Translations under genes and position numbers: made by a program
Origin: an uncultured Anaerolineales bacterium
Lineage (GTDB): Bacteria > Planctomycetota > Phycisphaerae > FEN-1346
Direction: 5' to 3'
Length of the DNA: 36,462 nucleotides
Assembly: GCA_964354185.1 (NCBI GenBank)
Contig: CAYGZE010000002.1
Location: 1-36,462 of the forward strand
Shown: positions 1 through 9,103 of the stretch, piece after piece
Numbering within the stretch: position 1 is the first letter of the stretch
Layout: every line of letters begins with the position of its first letter
The notes under the pieces: model-generated
What the model was told of the DNA's origin: nothing
The model's database searches: none
What the model saw: the letters and a program-made list of their open reading frames with translations, nothing else

Positions 1-83
1 AACAAATGAGCAAATCGGCTTGATCAAAGAGGGGCATCGATGGTGTCACGGACAACGACGCAAGAATAGTGGCGGGAGAAGCG

Positions 84-785
84 ATGGAGACAGTAGCTAT
101 AATCATTCCGACGTTAAACGAGGAACGCTCAATCGGCAAGGTCATCGACGACGTGCCCGTTGTCGATCTCTTGACGAATGGGCTCAAAACTGTCGTTTAC
201 GTGATCGACGGGCAATCCACTGATAACACGAGACAGATCGCCGTCGATAAGGGTGCCCAGATCATACTCGAAGAGCGCAAAGGAAAGGGTGTGGCAATTC
301 AAACGGCATTTAAGTCTGTCATTGCTGACTACGTGATTATGGTGGACGGGGATGATACGTACCCCATTGAGCTGGCGACGGAGATGACACGCCTGCTCAA
401 GACTAACGACGTCGTCATCGGATCACGACTCAAGGGTACTATCGAGCCGGGGGCCATGACCAAGCTGAACGTTGTGGGGAACACCCTTCTTTCGCTCGTC
501 GCGCGGATGCTGTTTGGTTCTCATATCAGCGACGTGTGCACGGGTTTTTGGGGCTTTCGAAGCGATACAGTTCGACAGCTTGGACTCGTAGCACAGGGTT
601 TCGACCTAGAAGCTGACATGTTTGCAGAGTGCGTCATCAAGGGGTACAGTATTACAGAGATCCCGATCGCATACCGTGCACGTCAGGATCGACCTAAATT
701 GTCCTCTATAAATGATGGCCTGAAAATAGGCGCGTTTATGATTCGAAAATGGTGGCAGCATCAATTCAATAGGGGGCGAAAATGA
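84..785 (+). CDS. Family-2 glycosyltransferase, polyprenyl/dolichyl-phosphate hexose synthase-like
   Basis: ORF 69..785. N-terminus 'VAIIIPTLNEERSIGKVIDD' is typical of GT-A enzymes and 'VDGDDTYP' is a DxD motif. ATG at 84 is preceded by GGGAG; GTG at 69 is an alternative start. Confidence 0.85.
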   Translation: METVAIIIPTLNEERSIGKVIDDVPVVDLLTNGLKTVVYVIDGQSTDNTRQIAVDKGAQIILEERKGKGVAIQTAFKSVIADYVIMVDGDDTYPIELATEMTRLLKTNDVVIGSRLKGTIEPGAMTKLNVVGNTLLSLVARMLFGSHISDVCTGFWGFRSDTVRQLGLVAQGFDLEADMFAECVIKGYSITEIPIAYRARQDRPKLSSINDGLKIGAFMIRKWWQHQFNRGRK

Positions 786-1154
786 GAAAGCCAATTGATA
801 CGGATCGTTGCTGTCGTATCGCCATTCCTTTCGTCAGCAAGTGTTGGACTCGTGACAGCTAAGATAAAATAGCTTAAGAAAGAGCCAAGCCATCAATCCT
901 GCGTTCCGCTCATTATGCTAAGCTGATCGCAAGCTTAGCGTCTCGGGATCGGGGGGGTTTTGTGGCTTTCCTTTACGTGCATTTTTTTATAACATTATCT
1001 TTGTTTGCCGATATTGAATTGCTATGAACGGATCAGTTCTGTTTAATTTACAAATAAACCGAGCTGCTTATATATTTAGACTCTATAAAGGCAAATGTAT
1101 ATAAGTAAGCTTTGTTTTGGAAACTCGTTGAGCGGCCGTGGGAGGCGTTACCTG

Positions 1155-2189
1155 TTGAATAAGCTACGCGTTGGCGTCATTGGCCTTGGCAAGATGGGCC
1201 TTCTACATTCCGGGATCTTCAATCAGTTAGAATCAAGCACCCTGGTCGCCGCTGCTGAGATAGATGCTCTTACGAGCAATCTAATTAAGACGTACCTTCC
1301 AGAAATAAGCGTTTATCGCGACTATGAGGCGATGTTCAAGCGCGAGGAGTTGGACATCGCGGCCATAACTACGCCTGTTTTCTTGCACAAGCCGATTGTC
1401 GAGATGGCATTTGAGCACGATTGTCACGTCTTCGTTGAGAAGCCCTTGGCGCTCAACGGCGATGAATGCCGGTCGGTTCTGCACATAGGGGAAAATGTCA
1501 AAACGCAGGTCGGTTACAACCGGCGATTCCTGGGGACGTTTAGGATGGCCAAGCGAATTCTCGACGATTCCTCGCTTGGGGAGCTCAAGTTTGTTCAGTC
1601 ACAAATGTTTGAAACGCAAGTCTTGAGAAAAGAACAGGGCTGGCGATTTGATCCCTCGAAAAGTGGCGGAGGGGTCATCATCGATTTAGGGGCGCACCTT
1701 ATTGACATGCTTCATTATCTTGTTGGTCCACTTTCAGGTGTGCAAGGTATGGCACAATCGATAGTCAGTGATAACGTCTGCGACTACGCATCGATAAACC
1801 TGCAATTCGTCGGCGGTTTTATTGGATCGCTCGAGCTCTCGTGGTCCGTCAGACATTACCGCTTGCCTGAAATGAAAATCACGATGCAGTTTGAACAAGG
1901 AACGCTGACGGTCACAGAGAAATACATCGAAATTTACTCTGACGCGGACAGCGGCTCGCTTAAGCGGGGCTGGAGCACGTTTTATCTGCAGGATCTCACC
2001 GCAGGAGTCCCGATCAACCTCGGCGGTTCCGAATATACTGCTGAGGATATGCAACTGCTCGATTGCATAAGAAATGGTGAAGAACCGCTCTGCAATTTCC
2101 GAGAGGCAGCAAAAACCAATTTCGCCATTGATGCGATTTACGATTCGATCAACACGGGCAAGAGGCAAAAGATTCACTACGAGGTGTAA
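1155..2189 (+). CDS. Gfo/Idh/MocA-family NAD(P)-dependent sugar oxidoreductase
   Basis: ORF 1095..2189. Rossmann start 'KLRVGVIGLGKMG', 'EKPLA' motif, C-terminal alpha/beta domain. TTG at 1155 sits 9 nt after GGAGG (1141-1145) and gives the canonical N-terminus 'MNKLRVGVIG'. ATG at 1095 lies inside TATA-like boxes at 1067-1091. Confidence 0.85.
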   Translation: MNKLRVGVIGLGKMGLLHSGIFNQLESSTLVAAAEIDALTSNLIKTYLPEISVYRDYEAMFKREELDIAAITTPVFLHKPIVEMAFEHDCHVFVEKPLALNGDECRSVLHIGENVKTQVGYNRRFLGTFRMAKRILDDSSLGELKFVQSQMFETQVLRKEQGWRFDPSKSGGGVIIDLGAHLIDMLHYLVGPLSGVQGMAQSIVSDNVCDYASINLQFVGGFIGSLELSWSVRHYRLPEMKITMQFEQGTLTVTEKYIEIYSDADSGSLKRGWSTFYLQDLTAGVPINLGGSEYTAEDMQLLDCIRNGEEPLCNFREAAKTNFAIDAIYDSINTGKRQKIHYEV

Positions 2190-2191
2190 AA

Positions 2192-3040
2192 GTGGATCTA
2201 GTCCTCGGCCACAATCAGTTCATCGGGATCAGCCATATCTCTGAGGAACGGGCACGGGAACGGGAGAAAAAGTTCGCAAAGGTTGAAAATATCTATCGTG
2301 TGGTCGAGGCCGCCAGCGCTGCAGGTTTTAAGAACATGATTATTGAAACCCATCCGCGCATGCTCGACTTTCTTAAGTATTACGAACGGAACAAGACCTT
2401 CGACATGGACTTCTACTTGCAGGTGCCGTATGTGCAGGCGTACGTTCAGGTGATAAATCAGCGCGGCATGAAGGGCTTCCTGTCTGAGATGATTGGCCGA
2501 GCAGGGTTGGCCGGGACGAGTAGCCTCGCCCTAAAAAGCGCTTTTAGGCTCCTTCAGAAAGACTACCTCGCGATCGCGCTGTCCTACCTCAAGTTAGAGG
2601 TCGCACCGTTTTCTTCTTTTAGAGTTAAGGCGCTCATTTTGCATAATACGCTCACTGACCTCTTGATGGCGTTAGAAGTACAGTCAGTATGTTCGGCATT
2701 TGACCAATACATAAACGATACGTTAAAACTTGACTTTGGACTGGCGACGTGGAACTTTGCACTCGTCAAGCGCAATCTTGAACGCTGGAACATACGTCCT
2801 GCATTCATCATGACGCCGGTGAATGTCAAAGGATTTGATATGAACCCGACAAAGGAAGACGTCGAAGCGGGGCTAAGAGGATATAATGGTGCCGTTTTCG
2901 CGATGAACGTGCTCGGCGGAGGGGCATTTTCAATAGCCGAAGCGGCGTCCTATGTGAAATCGTTCGATACGATCAAGAAATGCGTTGTCGGCGCATCATC
3001 AAAGGAGCACCTTGCTGAACTCGTGCAAGTCTTTCAGTGA
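2192..3040 (+). CDS. Uncharacterised protein, translationally coupled to the upstream oxidoreductase
   Basis: 282-aa ORF with a GTG start 2 nt after the upstream TAA and GAGGTG 5 nt upstream. Composition is non-repetitive and protein-like ('LGHNQFIGISH...'). I do not recognise the family. Confidence 0.6.
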   Translation: MDLVLGHNQFIGISHISEERAREREKKFAKVENIYRVVEAASAAGFKNMIIETHPRMLDFLKYYERNKTFDMDFYLQVPYVQAYVQVINQRGMKGFLSEMIGRAGLAGTSSLALKSAFRLLQKDYLAIALSYLKLEVAPFSSFRVKALILHNTLTDLLMALEVQSVCSAFDQYINDTLKLDFGLATWNFALVKRNLERWNIRPAFIMTPVNVKGFDMNPTKEDVEAGLRGYNGAVFAMNVLGGGAFSIAEAASYVKSFDTIKKCVVGASSKEHLAELVQVFQ

Positions 3041-3332
3041 CAACCGAATCTCGATACTTGGTCTGAAGCTCATTCACACTTCAGAATACGAGAATAGGCA
3101 GGCGGCGTTCTTTGCTACCCTATGATTCACCCGCGCTATGATAGAGCCGTGACCACGCTTGTCCTGAGAGCCTGTAGTGGATCGCGAACCGATCCCTTAC
3201 CGCAAGAACCGTTCTGACAACGTTAGCCCCCCTAAAAATAATCTTTTACCTTCCGTTTTGTGAAAATCGTGGCAAAGTGTCGTTTTTTAAATTGCTAAAT
3301 CACAACAATGCTGTGGGCTGACAAACCGTTAC

Positions 3333-3342
3333 ATTTTTAAAC
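3333..3342 (+). promoter_or_regulatory. TATA-like box upstream of the DUF1972-type GT4 gene
   Basis: 'atttttaaac' is centred about 37 nt upstream of ATG 3374, and no SD is present. This fits an archaeal promoter with a very short leader. Confidence 0.3.
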
Positions 3343-3373
3343 AAATTATGCGTTTTTTGAAGCTGAAAGACGC

Positions 3374-4570
3374 ATGCGCAAAAAAATCGCCATTATAGGT
3401 GCTCGAGGGCTCTCGAATTGGGGGGGATTTGAAACCGCAGCGCGTGAGATAGCTCCTCGGCTCGTGGAAAGGGGCTACGACGTTTATTGCAGCTGTGAGA
3501 AGAACAGCTGCGATCTAGACACCTATAAGGGCGTGCAGATGATCTACTTCCCGATACGGATGCCGAAGAATTACGAGCTGCGGAAGATTTTCGAAGTACT
3601 ATATGATCTGTACTTTATAATGAAATCGTCGACCGCGCTGAACTGCGATATCGTGTACAATCTCGGCTATAACGCAAATATTTTCATGGCCCTCCCTAGG
3701 CTGTTGGGGAAAAAAGTGATGTTTAACATGGCAGGGCTCGAATGGGAGAGATCTAAGTTCGGGAGGGTGCAGCAGTCCATTGTTAAAAGTCTATTCCTAC
3801 TAGCCACGGTAGGCGCTAACTACATAATTATCGATCACGAGAAGCTGAAACCGTACGTGCCATCTCGTTATCATGAAAAGGTCATCCTTCTCAGCTATGG
3901 TGCTAATGAGCCTGTCGTCGTGCCGTGGAACGCGCATGAGATAGCTGAGTATGCAGGGTCGGCGGAAATCGAGGATCTCCTCCCTTACGAATACTGGCTG
4001 GTTGTGGCTCGGTTGGAGCCAGATCAACATATCGCCACTATCGTCGATGCTTATCTGCACAGTACGAGCATAAAGCCGCTTGTTATCGTGGGCGACTTCT
4101 CTTCCAAGACTTATGAACAAACGATAGAGGAAGCGCTGAAAGACACACCCTCTGACAAAAAAGTCATCTGGACAGGCGGAATATATGACCAAGAGGTTCT
4201 TACCGTGTTGAGGCACAACTGCTTCGCGTATATCCATGGACATTCCAAAGGTGGTACAAACCCGTCTCTTTTAGAAGCGATGATTCATAGGAATATCGTG
4301 ATAGCCCACGATAACGTATTCAACAGAGGGGTTTGCCAGGATCTCGCTCTTTATTTTGAAGACAGCGATGAATTGCAGGACAAAATGAGGATGATTGAGA
4401 GCAACCCTTCAGAGTATGCCGAGCTTAAGGGCAAGGTTCTTGAAAGGGTGCGCGCTGAGTACTCGTGGGACAAAGTCGCCGATCAACATAATACATTTTT
4501 TCAGCAGCTACTTAGGGACGAAAGGGCAAGCCTATCTGCAGAGGGTGTGGGTTTACTAGCCAGGACATGA
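3374..4570 (+). CDS. GT4-family glycosyltransferase with DUF1972-type N-terminal domain
   Basis: N-terminus 'KIAIIGARGLSNWGGFETAAREIAPRLVERGYDV' is the pattern I associate with DUF1972. C-terminal GT-B half includes 'HGHSKGGTNPSLLEAM'. Confidence 0.85.
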   Translation: MRKKIAIIGARGLSNWGGFETAAREIAPRLVERGYDVYCSCEKNSCDLDTYKGVQMIYFPIRMPKNYELRKIFEVLYDLYFIMKSSTALNCDIVYNLGYNANIFMALPRLLGKKVMFNMAGLEWERSKFGRVQQSIVKSLFLLATVGANYIIIDHEKLKPYVPSRYHEKVILLSYGANEPVVVPWNAHEIAEYAGSAEIEDLLPYEYWLVVARLEPDQHIATIVDAYLHSTSIKPLVIVGDFSSKTYEQTIEEALKDTPSDKKVIWTGGIYDQEVLTVLRHNCFAYIHGHSKGGTNPSLLEAMIHRNIVIAHDNVFNRGVCQDLALYFEDSDELQDKMRMIESNPSEYAELKGKVLERVRAEYSWDKVADQHNTFFQQLLRDERASLSAEGVGLLART

Positions 4571-4928
4571 TAGGACTTTAAACGGCTCGATCTAGAAATC
4601 TGTCTTGCAGGCATACTTCACCGTAGCAAACGACATTGAGTAAAGATGTTGTCTCTCCTCAAGTGTTATTTTATTCTTGTCACGAAGACGTCAAGAAGGT
4701 CAAACTGAGTTAATGTTGGACCTAGCATGATACTAACGAACGATGGATAAGGAAACTATGCCGTTTATTTTCAAATGTCGATTATAGGAAAAACAGCCAA
4801 GCAACGTTTTTTTTACTAGCGTAGTCTCGCACACATCATTACTCCTGCACCTTTTTTCGTTTATTGTCGTTAAAAAGGCAGCTTTATACACGGATAAGCA
4901 TTGAATTAACAAACAGATTGGCCTGCAA

Positions 4929-5006
4929 GATAAAAAATTATGCTAACAGGCGGTATACGATCAAGAACCATTCACCATGCTCAAGCACAACTGTTTTGCG
5001 TATCTA
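4929..5006 (+). pseudogene. Decayed fragment of a DUF1972-type GT4 paralogue
   Basis: The DNA aligns with 4154-4232 of the intact gene. After correcting two 1-nt indels it reads 'DKK..TGGI(Y)DQEPFTMLKHNCFAYL' against intact 'DKKVIWTGGIYDQEVLTVLRHNCFAYI'. No open frame extends on either side. Confidence 0.55.
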
Positions 5007-5345
5007 CTATTTTGGCAAAATAAGTTAAGAAAGGCCGCGTTTATGCCCTAGGCAACCTTCACCGTTGATAGCGCTCTTGCTAATCGATTAGACATAGAAT
5101 CTAGACTTAGAAGTGCGCAAACCGGTAAGCTGCTAAGTAGGTCCGATTAGTTGTTAAGATTCTTGAAGAATATCTCAAAAGGGGCCTAGGCCTTAGACAC
5201 GGAAGCCATGGACCTAAAAAAAACAGTTTGCAGATAAAATGGCTGAGTTAGGCGTATTGCAAACTCAAGTTTATGTATACCGGCTAGGACACTGTTATAA
5301 AAGGATTATAAAGGAACTAGAACCGGCCAGAACTTAGATAAAGAC

Positions 5346-5513
5346 ATGGAAGGTAAACTTGTTATATATACCGGCCTAAAAAACGACTTGAAGGCCGATA
5401 AAGAAGAGCTGCAGAAGCAGCTTGAGCTCGTAACTTCAGGTTTACCACCCCCTAGAGTTTGCTTCTGGGCTCGTCTTTTTGGAAAAAAGGATAGTCCGAC
5501 TAGCAAAAGTTAA
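5346..5513 (+). CDS. Hypothetical 55-aa protein (below the ORF-track cutoff)
   Basis: ATG..TAA encodes 'MEGKLVIYTGLKNDLKADKEELQKQLELVTSGLPPPRVCFWARLFGKKDSPTSKS'. Two TATA-like boxes (gttataaaagg / attataaagg, 5294-5314) lie 30-50 nt upstream. The antisense 66-aa ORF 5306..5506 is low-complexity. Confidence 0.25.
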   Translation: MEGKLVIYTGLKNDLKADKEELQKQLELVTSGLPPPRVCFWARLFGKKDSPTSKS

Positions 5514-5611
5514 TAAAATAGATATTTAACGCACAAATCGCCATGGAGGGCACTCACCAAGTGCTGAATTCATAATCAATAAGTATCAATGCGACACGAT
5601 GATGGCTGTTC

Positions 5612-7169
5612 ATGCAAATTGCTGGGAAGAGAGTAACGAAATACAGTGTTGCGCTGTTGCTTATTGTCCTCATCGGCTTGTTTCTCAGGGTCTATCAGTT
5701 AGGCACAGAAAGTATCTGGATAGATGAGGCTTATTCCATTTCAATCTCTAAAACAAGCGTGCTTCAAATTGCAGCCGCTGTAGCAACTGAGGACGCTAAC
5801 CCTCCATTTTACCATTTTCTCCTACACTACTGGATGCTAGTTTTTGGCACTTCAGAGTTCGCTGTCAGGCTTCTGTCTACCCTCTTCGGCGTTCTCGCGA
5901 TACCGATGATCTACGTTGTGGCCCGGCAACTCTTCAACAAACAAGTAGGGCTTGTGGGAGCGATCATTCTCGCTGTTTCATATATCAACATTTGGTATTC
6001 GCAAGAGGCACGAATGTACACACTAATGGTCTTGCTCGCTCTTCTCTCCATGTATTTTTTCTTGCGCCTCTTGCAGCGAAGTACACTCTCGTCGTCAGCT
6101 GGATATGTGCTCGCAACCGCGCTTCTGATATGCACACACTACTATGGATTCTTTGTCATCGTTGCCCAGAACGTTTACCCTTGCGACCCTCTTGATGCTT
6201 TCAAGAAACCGAACGTACCGGCTAAGGTCTTGGGTAGCCCTGCAAGCGATCGTTCTGGCACTCTTTTTGCCTTGGCTGATCTTCTTCAGAATCTCGCAGA
6301 ATGGAGCGGCGGCCTGGGTCACGCCACCTACAATAGCCTCGGCGTTGGCCGTGCTCGAACACAACAATCTCGTTAGTGCGCTTATTCAGACATTTTCTTT
6401 CTATAGCGGCACCCAGGTGTTGCTAGCGCTTTTGCTGGGGTTGTCGGTGCTGTCCTTATTCGCATATCAAAGAGGACGCAGCGTAATGGATTGGAAAGCG
6501 CTACCAAAAGCTCTCGAAGGCTATTCGTGGGAAGTGCATATTCAAGACGTAACACAGGTGTACTTCCTAGCGGTGTGGTTGCTCTCAGTCACTCTGATAC
6601 CATTCATTATCTCTCGGTTGTCCGCCCCCATTTACATTGCGCGATACACGATCGCAGCTTCTGTTGCGTTTTACTTACTCGCGGCTAAGGGGATAACCAA
6701 TATCAACCACAAATACACTAAGCTAGCCGTTATTGGCATCATCGTCGTATTATCAATGGCGAACTTACAGGGATATTATACTTCTATAACAAAGCGACAA
6801 GCGCGAGAGGCGACTGCCGTGATCGACGCTAACTTTAGAAGCGGCGATGTTATTTTGGTTGCTCCACGCTGGGAAACACGTACGTTTGACTACTACAACA
6901 ACAGGACAGATGTCGCAGTCAAACCAATCGGTTTTGGATTCGCGTCGACAACGGTCACTAATCCTGAAGCTAAGACAAAGGAACTTCAGTCCGATGTGAA
7001 CGGCTATCAACGAGTCTGGTTTTACGACGGTAAAATTTCATTCGGATCGCGTACTGCAGAGAGAGCAGCAGAGAACTTCATATTAAGCTTCCTCAATGAG
7101 TCATATACGAAGATTGACGTCAAGAATTACGTTGAATATGATGTGTACTTGTATGAGAAGCGGGCGTAA
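5612..7169 (+). pseudogene. GT39/ArnT-like (PMT-type) membrane glycosyltransferase, interrupted by a +1 frameshift
   Basis: Two overlapping ORFs (5612..6376 and 6144..7169) in adjacent frames. N-terminal part has 'LFLRVYQLGTESIWIDEAYS'. The sense reading switches frame at the ccc run 6178-6180: '...HYYGFFVIVAQNVY' continues as 'LATLLMLSRNRTYRLRSWVALQAIVLALFLPWL...'. Confidence 0.75.
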
Positions 7170-7675
7170 GTATGCGGCTGCAACTGCTGCATTTCACGCT
7201 AAACTAGTATAAACGAATAAACGAACAGAAATATGGTGGAGCTCGAGTGAGAGAGAACCACGTTTGATTGGGGAGTAAGTACTCCTAGTTTAAGACTGTA
7301 ATTAATTTGACATCTTTGTCTAGGTAACTTTTTAAGAAGCTCAGTGCTAGCCGGTGGGACCAATAAACTGTTGAGTTGGTGCTCGAAGAAGAATGGGTCG
7401 AAACTTACTTGAAAACTAGAATGCGGAAGATGTGAAAAAAAAAACGCGAAATTATCCCGTAAAGCCGATTTCGCAAACTGCGTGCAGGCTAGAATTTAAC
7501 TATCGAATAATAGCATTTCAAACAGATAGAACGTAACTTGGTATTTGTGATCAATATATATCCCCTCACTCTACCGCTTGTTTAACTCAACACTTGGGCG
7601 TCGATACAATATCCATATATATATTTTTGCTTTTACGCACTAAAATCTAGTATTTCACACCGTCAGTTGACTTTG

Positions 7676-8458
7676 TCAAAGGAGGTCGTTAGGCCCAATA
7701 TTTTTAGTAGGAGCTTTTTTGATAAATACTATCGAACTAGTAATATAGATGCTCTCGAATTTTGACATTCTTGTTGGTTTCCCTTTCTGCAATCCTCTTG
7801 TAACATCTTGCGCAGCCTGCTCATCTATAAGCTGTTTGATAAATCCCACCATCCCGTAACTATGACTGCGCATTGGAAATCTCAGACCTAATTTCCCCGT
7901 TGCCTCTAACAAAAATAGCCAAAATGGACTCCGTTTGAACTTTTGTTGAGCGTACGACTCAAGATTGCGTTTGAACTTTTGTTGAGCGTACGACTCAAGA
8001 TTTAGTCTCTTGCCGTCAGGCCAGTCCCTCCAATAACCGGTACCCCAATCCTCAATTACATAAAGTCCATTTGGCTTAAGGTGGTTGTGAAATAGATGCC
8101 AAAACGCAGTTTTTGTTAACTCGCCAAGATGCGAAGCATCATCTATAATAATGTCAAATCCTTCGGGTGTAACGTTATTTGCAACCTGCGAGAGGAATTG
8201 AGGATCAGCTTGGCTCCCCTCAAAAATGTGAATGCGTTCGCCCGGATCAAAGCCGTCTGGAAGTTTAATATCAATCCCGACGATAGTTCCAAATGGAAAA
8301 TAATCTCGCCATAGTAAGAGTGACCCCCCTTTTAAAACCCCGAGTTCGAGAAGGGCGATCTTCTGATGGACATATGGTTCAAATATTTGATCATATAACT
8401 TAAGATGACCTATCTTATCTGAATCATATTTATCTAGAGATAGTTCTAAGCTTCGCAC
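7676..8458 (-). CDS. Class-I SAM-dependent methyltransferase (CmcI / sugar O-methyltransferase-like)
   Basis: 'DKYDSDKIGH..Y' N-terminal motif, 'LLELGVLKGGSLLLW' (motif I), 'IIIDDASH'. GTG start with an in-frame stop 7 codons upstream. Confidence 0.8.
   Translation of the reverse strand: MRSLELSLDKYDSDKIGHLKLYDQIFEPYVHQKIALLELGVLKGGSLLLWRDYFPFGTIVGIDIKLPDGFDPGERIHIFEGSQADPQFLSQVANNVTPEGFDIIIDDASHLGELTKTAFWHLFHNHLKPNGLYVIEDWGTGYWRDWPDGKRLNLESYAQQKFKRNLESYAQQKFKRSPFWLFLLEATGKLGLRFPMRSHSYGMVGFIKQLIDEQAAQDVTRGLQKGKPTRMSKFESIYITSSIVFIKKAPTKNIGPNDLL
7932..8003. repeat. Perfect-phase 36-bp tandem duplication inside the methyltransferase CDS
   Basis: 7932-7967 and 7968-8003 are 35/36 identical. The repeat encodes 'NLESYAQQKFKR' twice, in frame. 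Confidence 0.9.
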
Positions 8459-9103
8459 GTTATATCCTACTCTCGTTTAGCGGCATTCTTGATAATCTGC
8501 ATGGTTCTCGCCTCTTAGAACTGAAGGGTGTCACTTACGGTTGGATTTCTGAACGAAAAATAGTGAGGGATTCCGGTGCCGTGCGTAGTGTTCTTCGTGA
8601 GAAAATTAGAGAATAGTAGCGATCAGAGCAACGTGTAATTTATTGTTGTGGGTCCAGTGCTTTTAAATTGGGACCGGATTCGCGGGAAGGTAGTTGCGGT
8701 TAAAGCCACTCAGACCTCAGCCGTAGGTAAGCAGAGCTTGCATGTGGCAGCCCGATAAATAAGTCTTGAATTTAGCGAGTTTTATAACCCCTGACATTTC
8801 CAGTCACAAAAACTCATCAAAGAGCGGCGGCTTGTCATGCTTGACAGATCCAGGCATCCGTTTAATCACTTACAACCTTAACTCGTTTCGTGCTGAAAGT
8901 AATACCTATCCAATACGATGATACTGGGGATCAACTCAAGTAAAGGCAAAGCAGCAGTTTAAAAAAATTACGCACTTGAAATATAGTTAGAGCCTGCTGA
9001 GATTGACGTCATGAGAAACGATCGTTAAGAATCAAGGTCTACCCTAACCAGCGACAGATATCAGAAGACTTATTAGTCAAGAACATAGCTATTGCGAGAA
9101 ATA

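Noticed and set aside
917-939. Hairpin gctaagct-(7 nt)-agcttagc about 130 nt downstream of the first GT2 gene
   Set aside because: The stem is perfect but short. It is followed by a G7 run rather than a T-tract and is distant from the stop. Evidence is insufficient for a terminator or regulatory RNA.
6170-6190. Programmed +1 ribosomal frameshifting in the GT39-like gene
   Set aside because: No recognisable slippery or stall context is present beyond a ccc run. A simple indel or assembly error is the more economical explanation.
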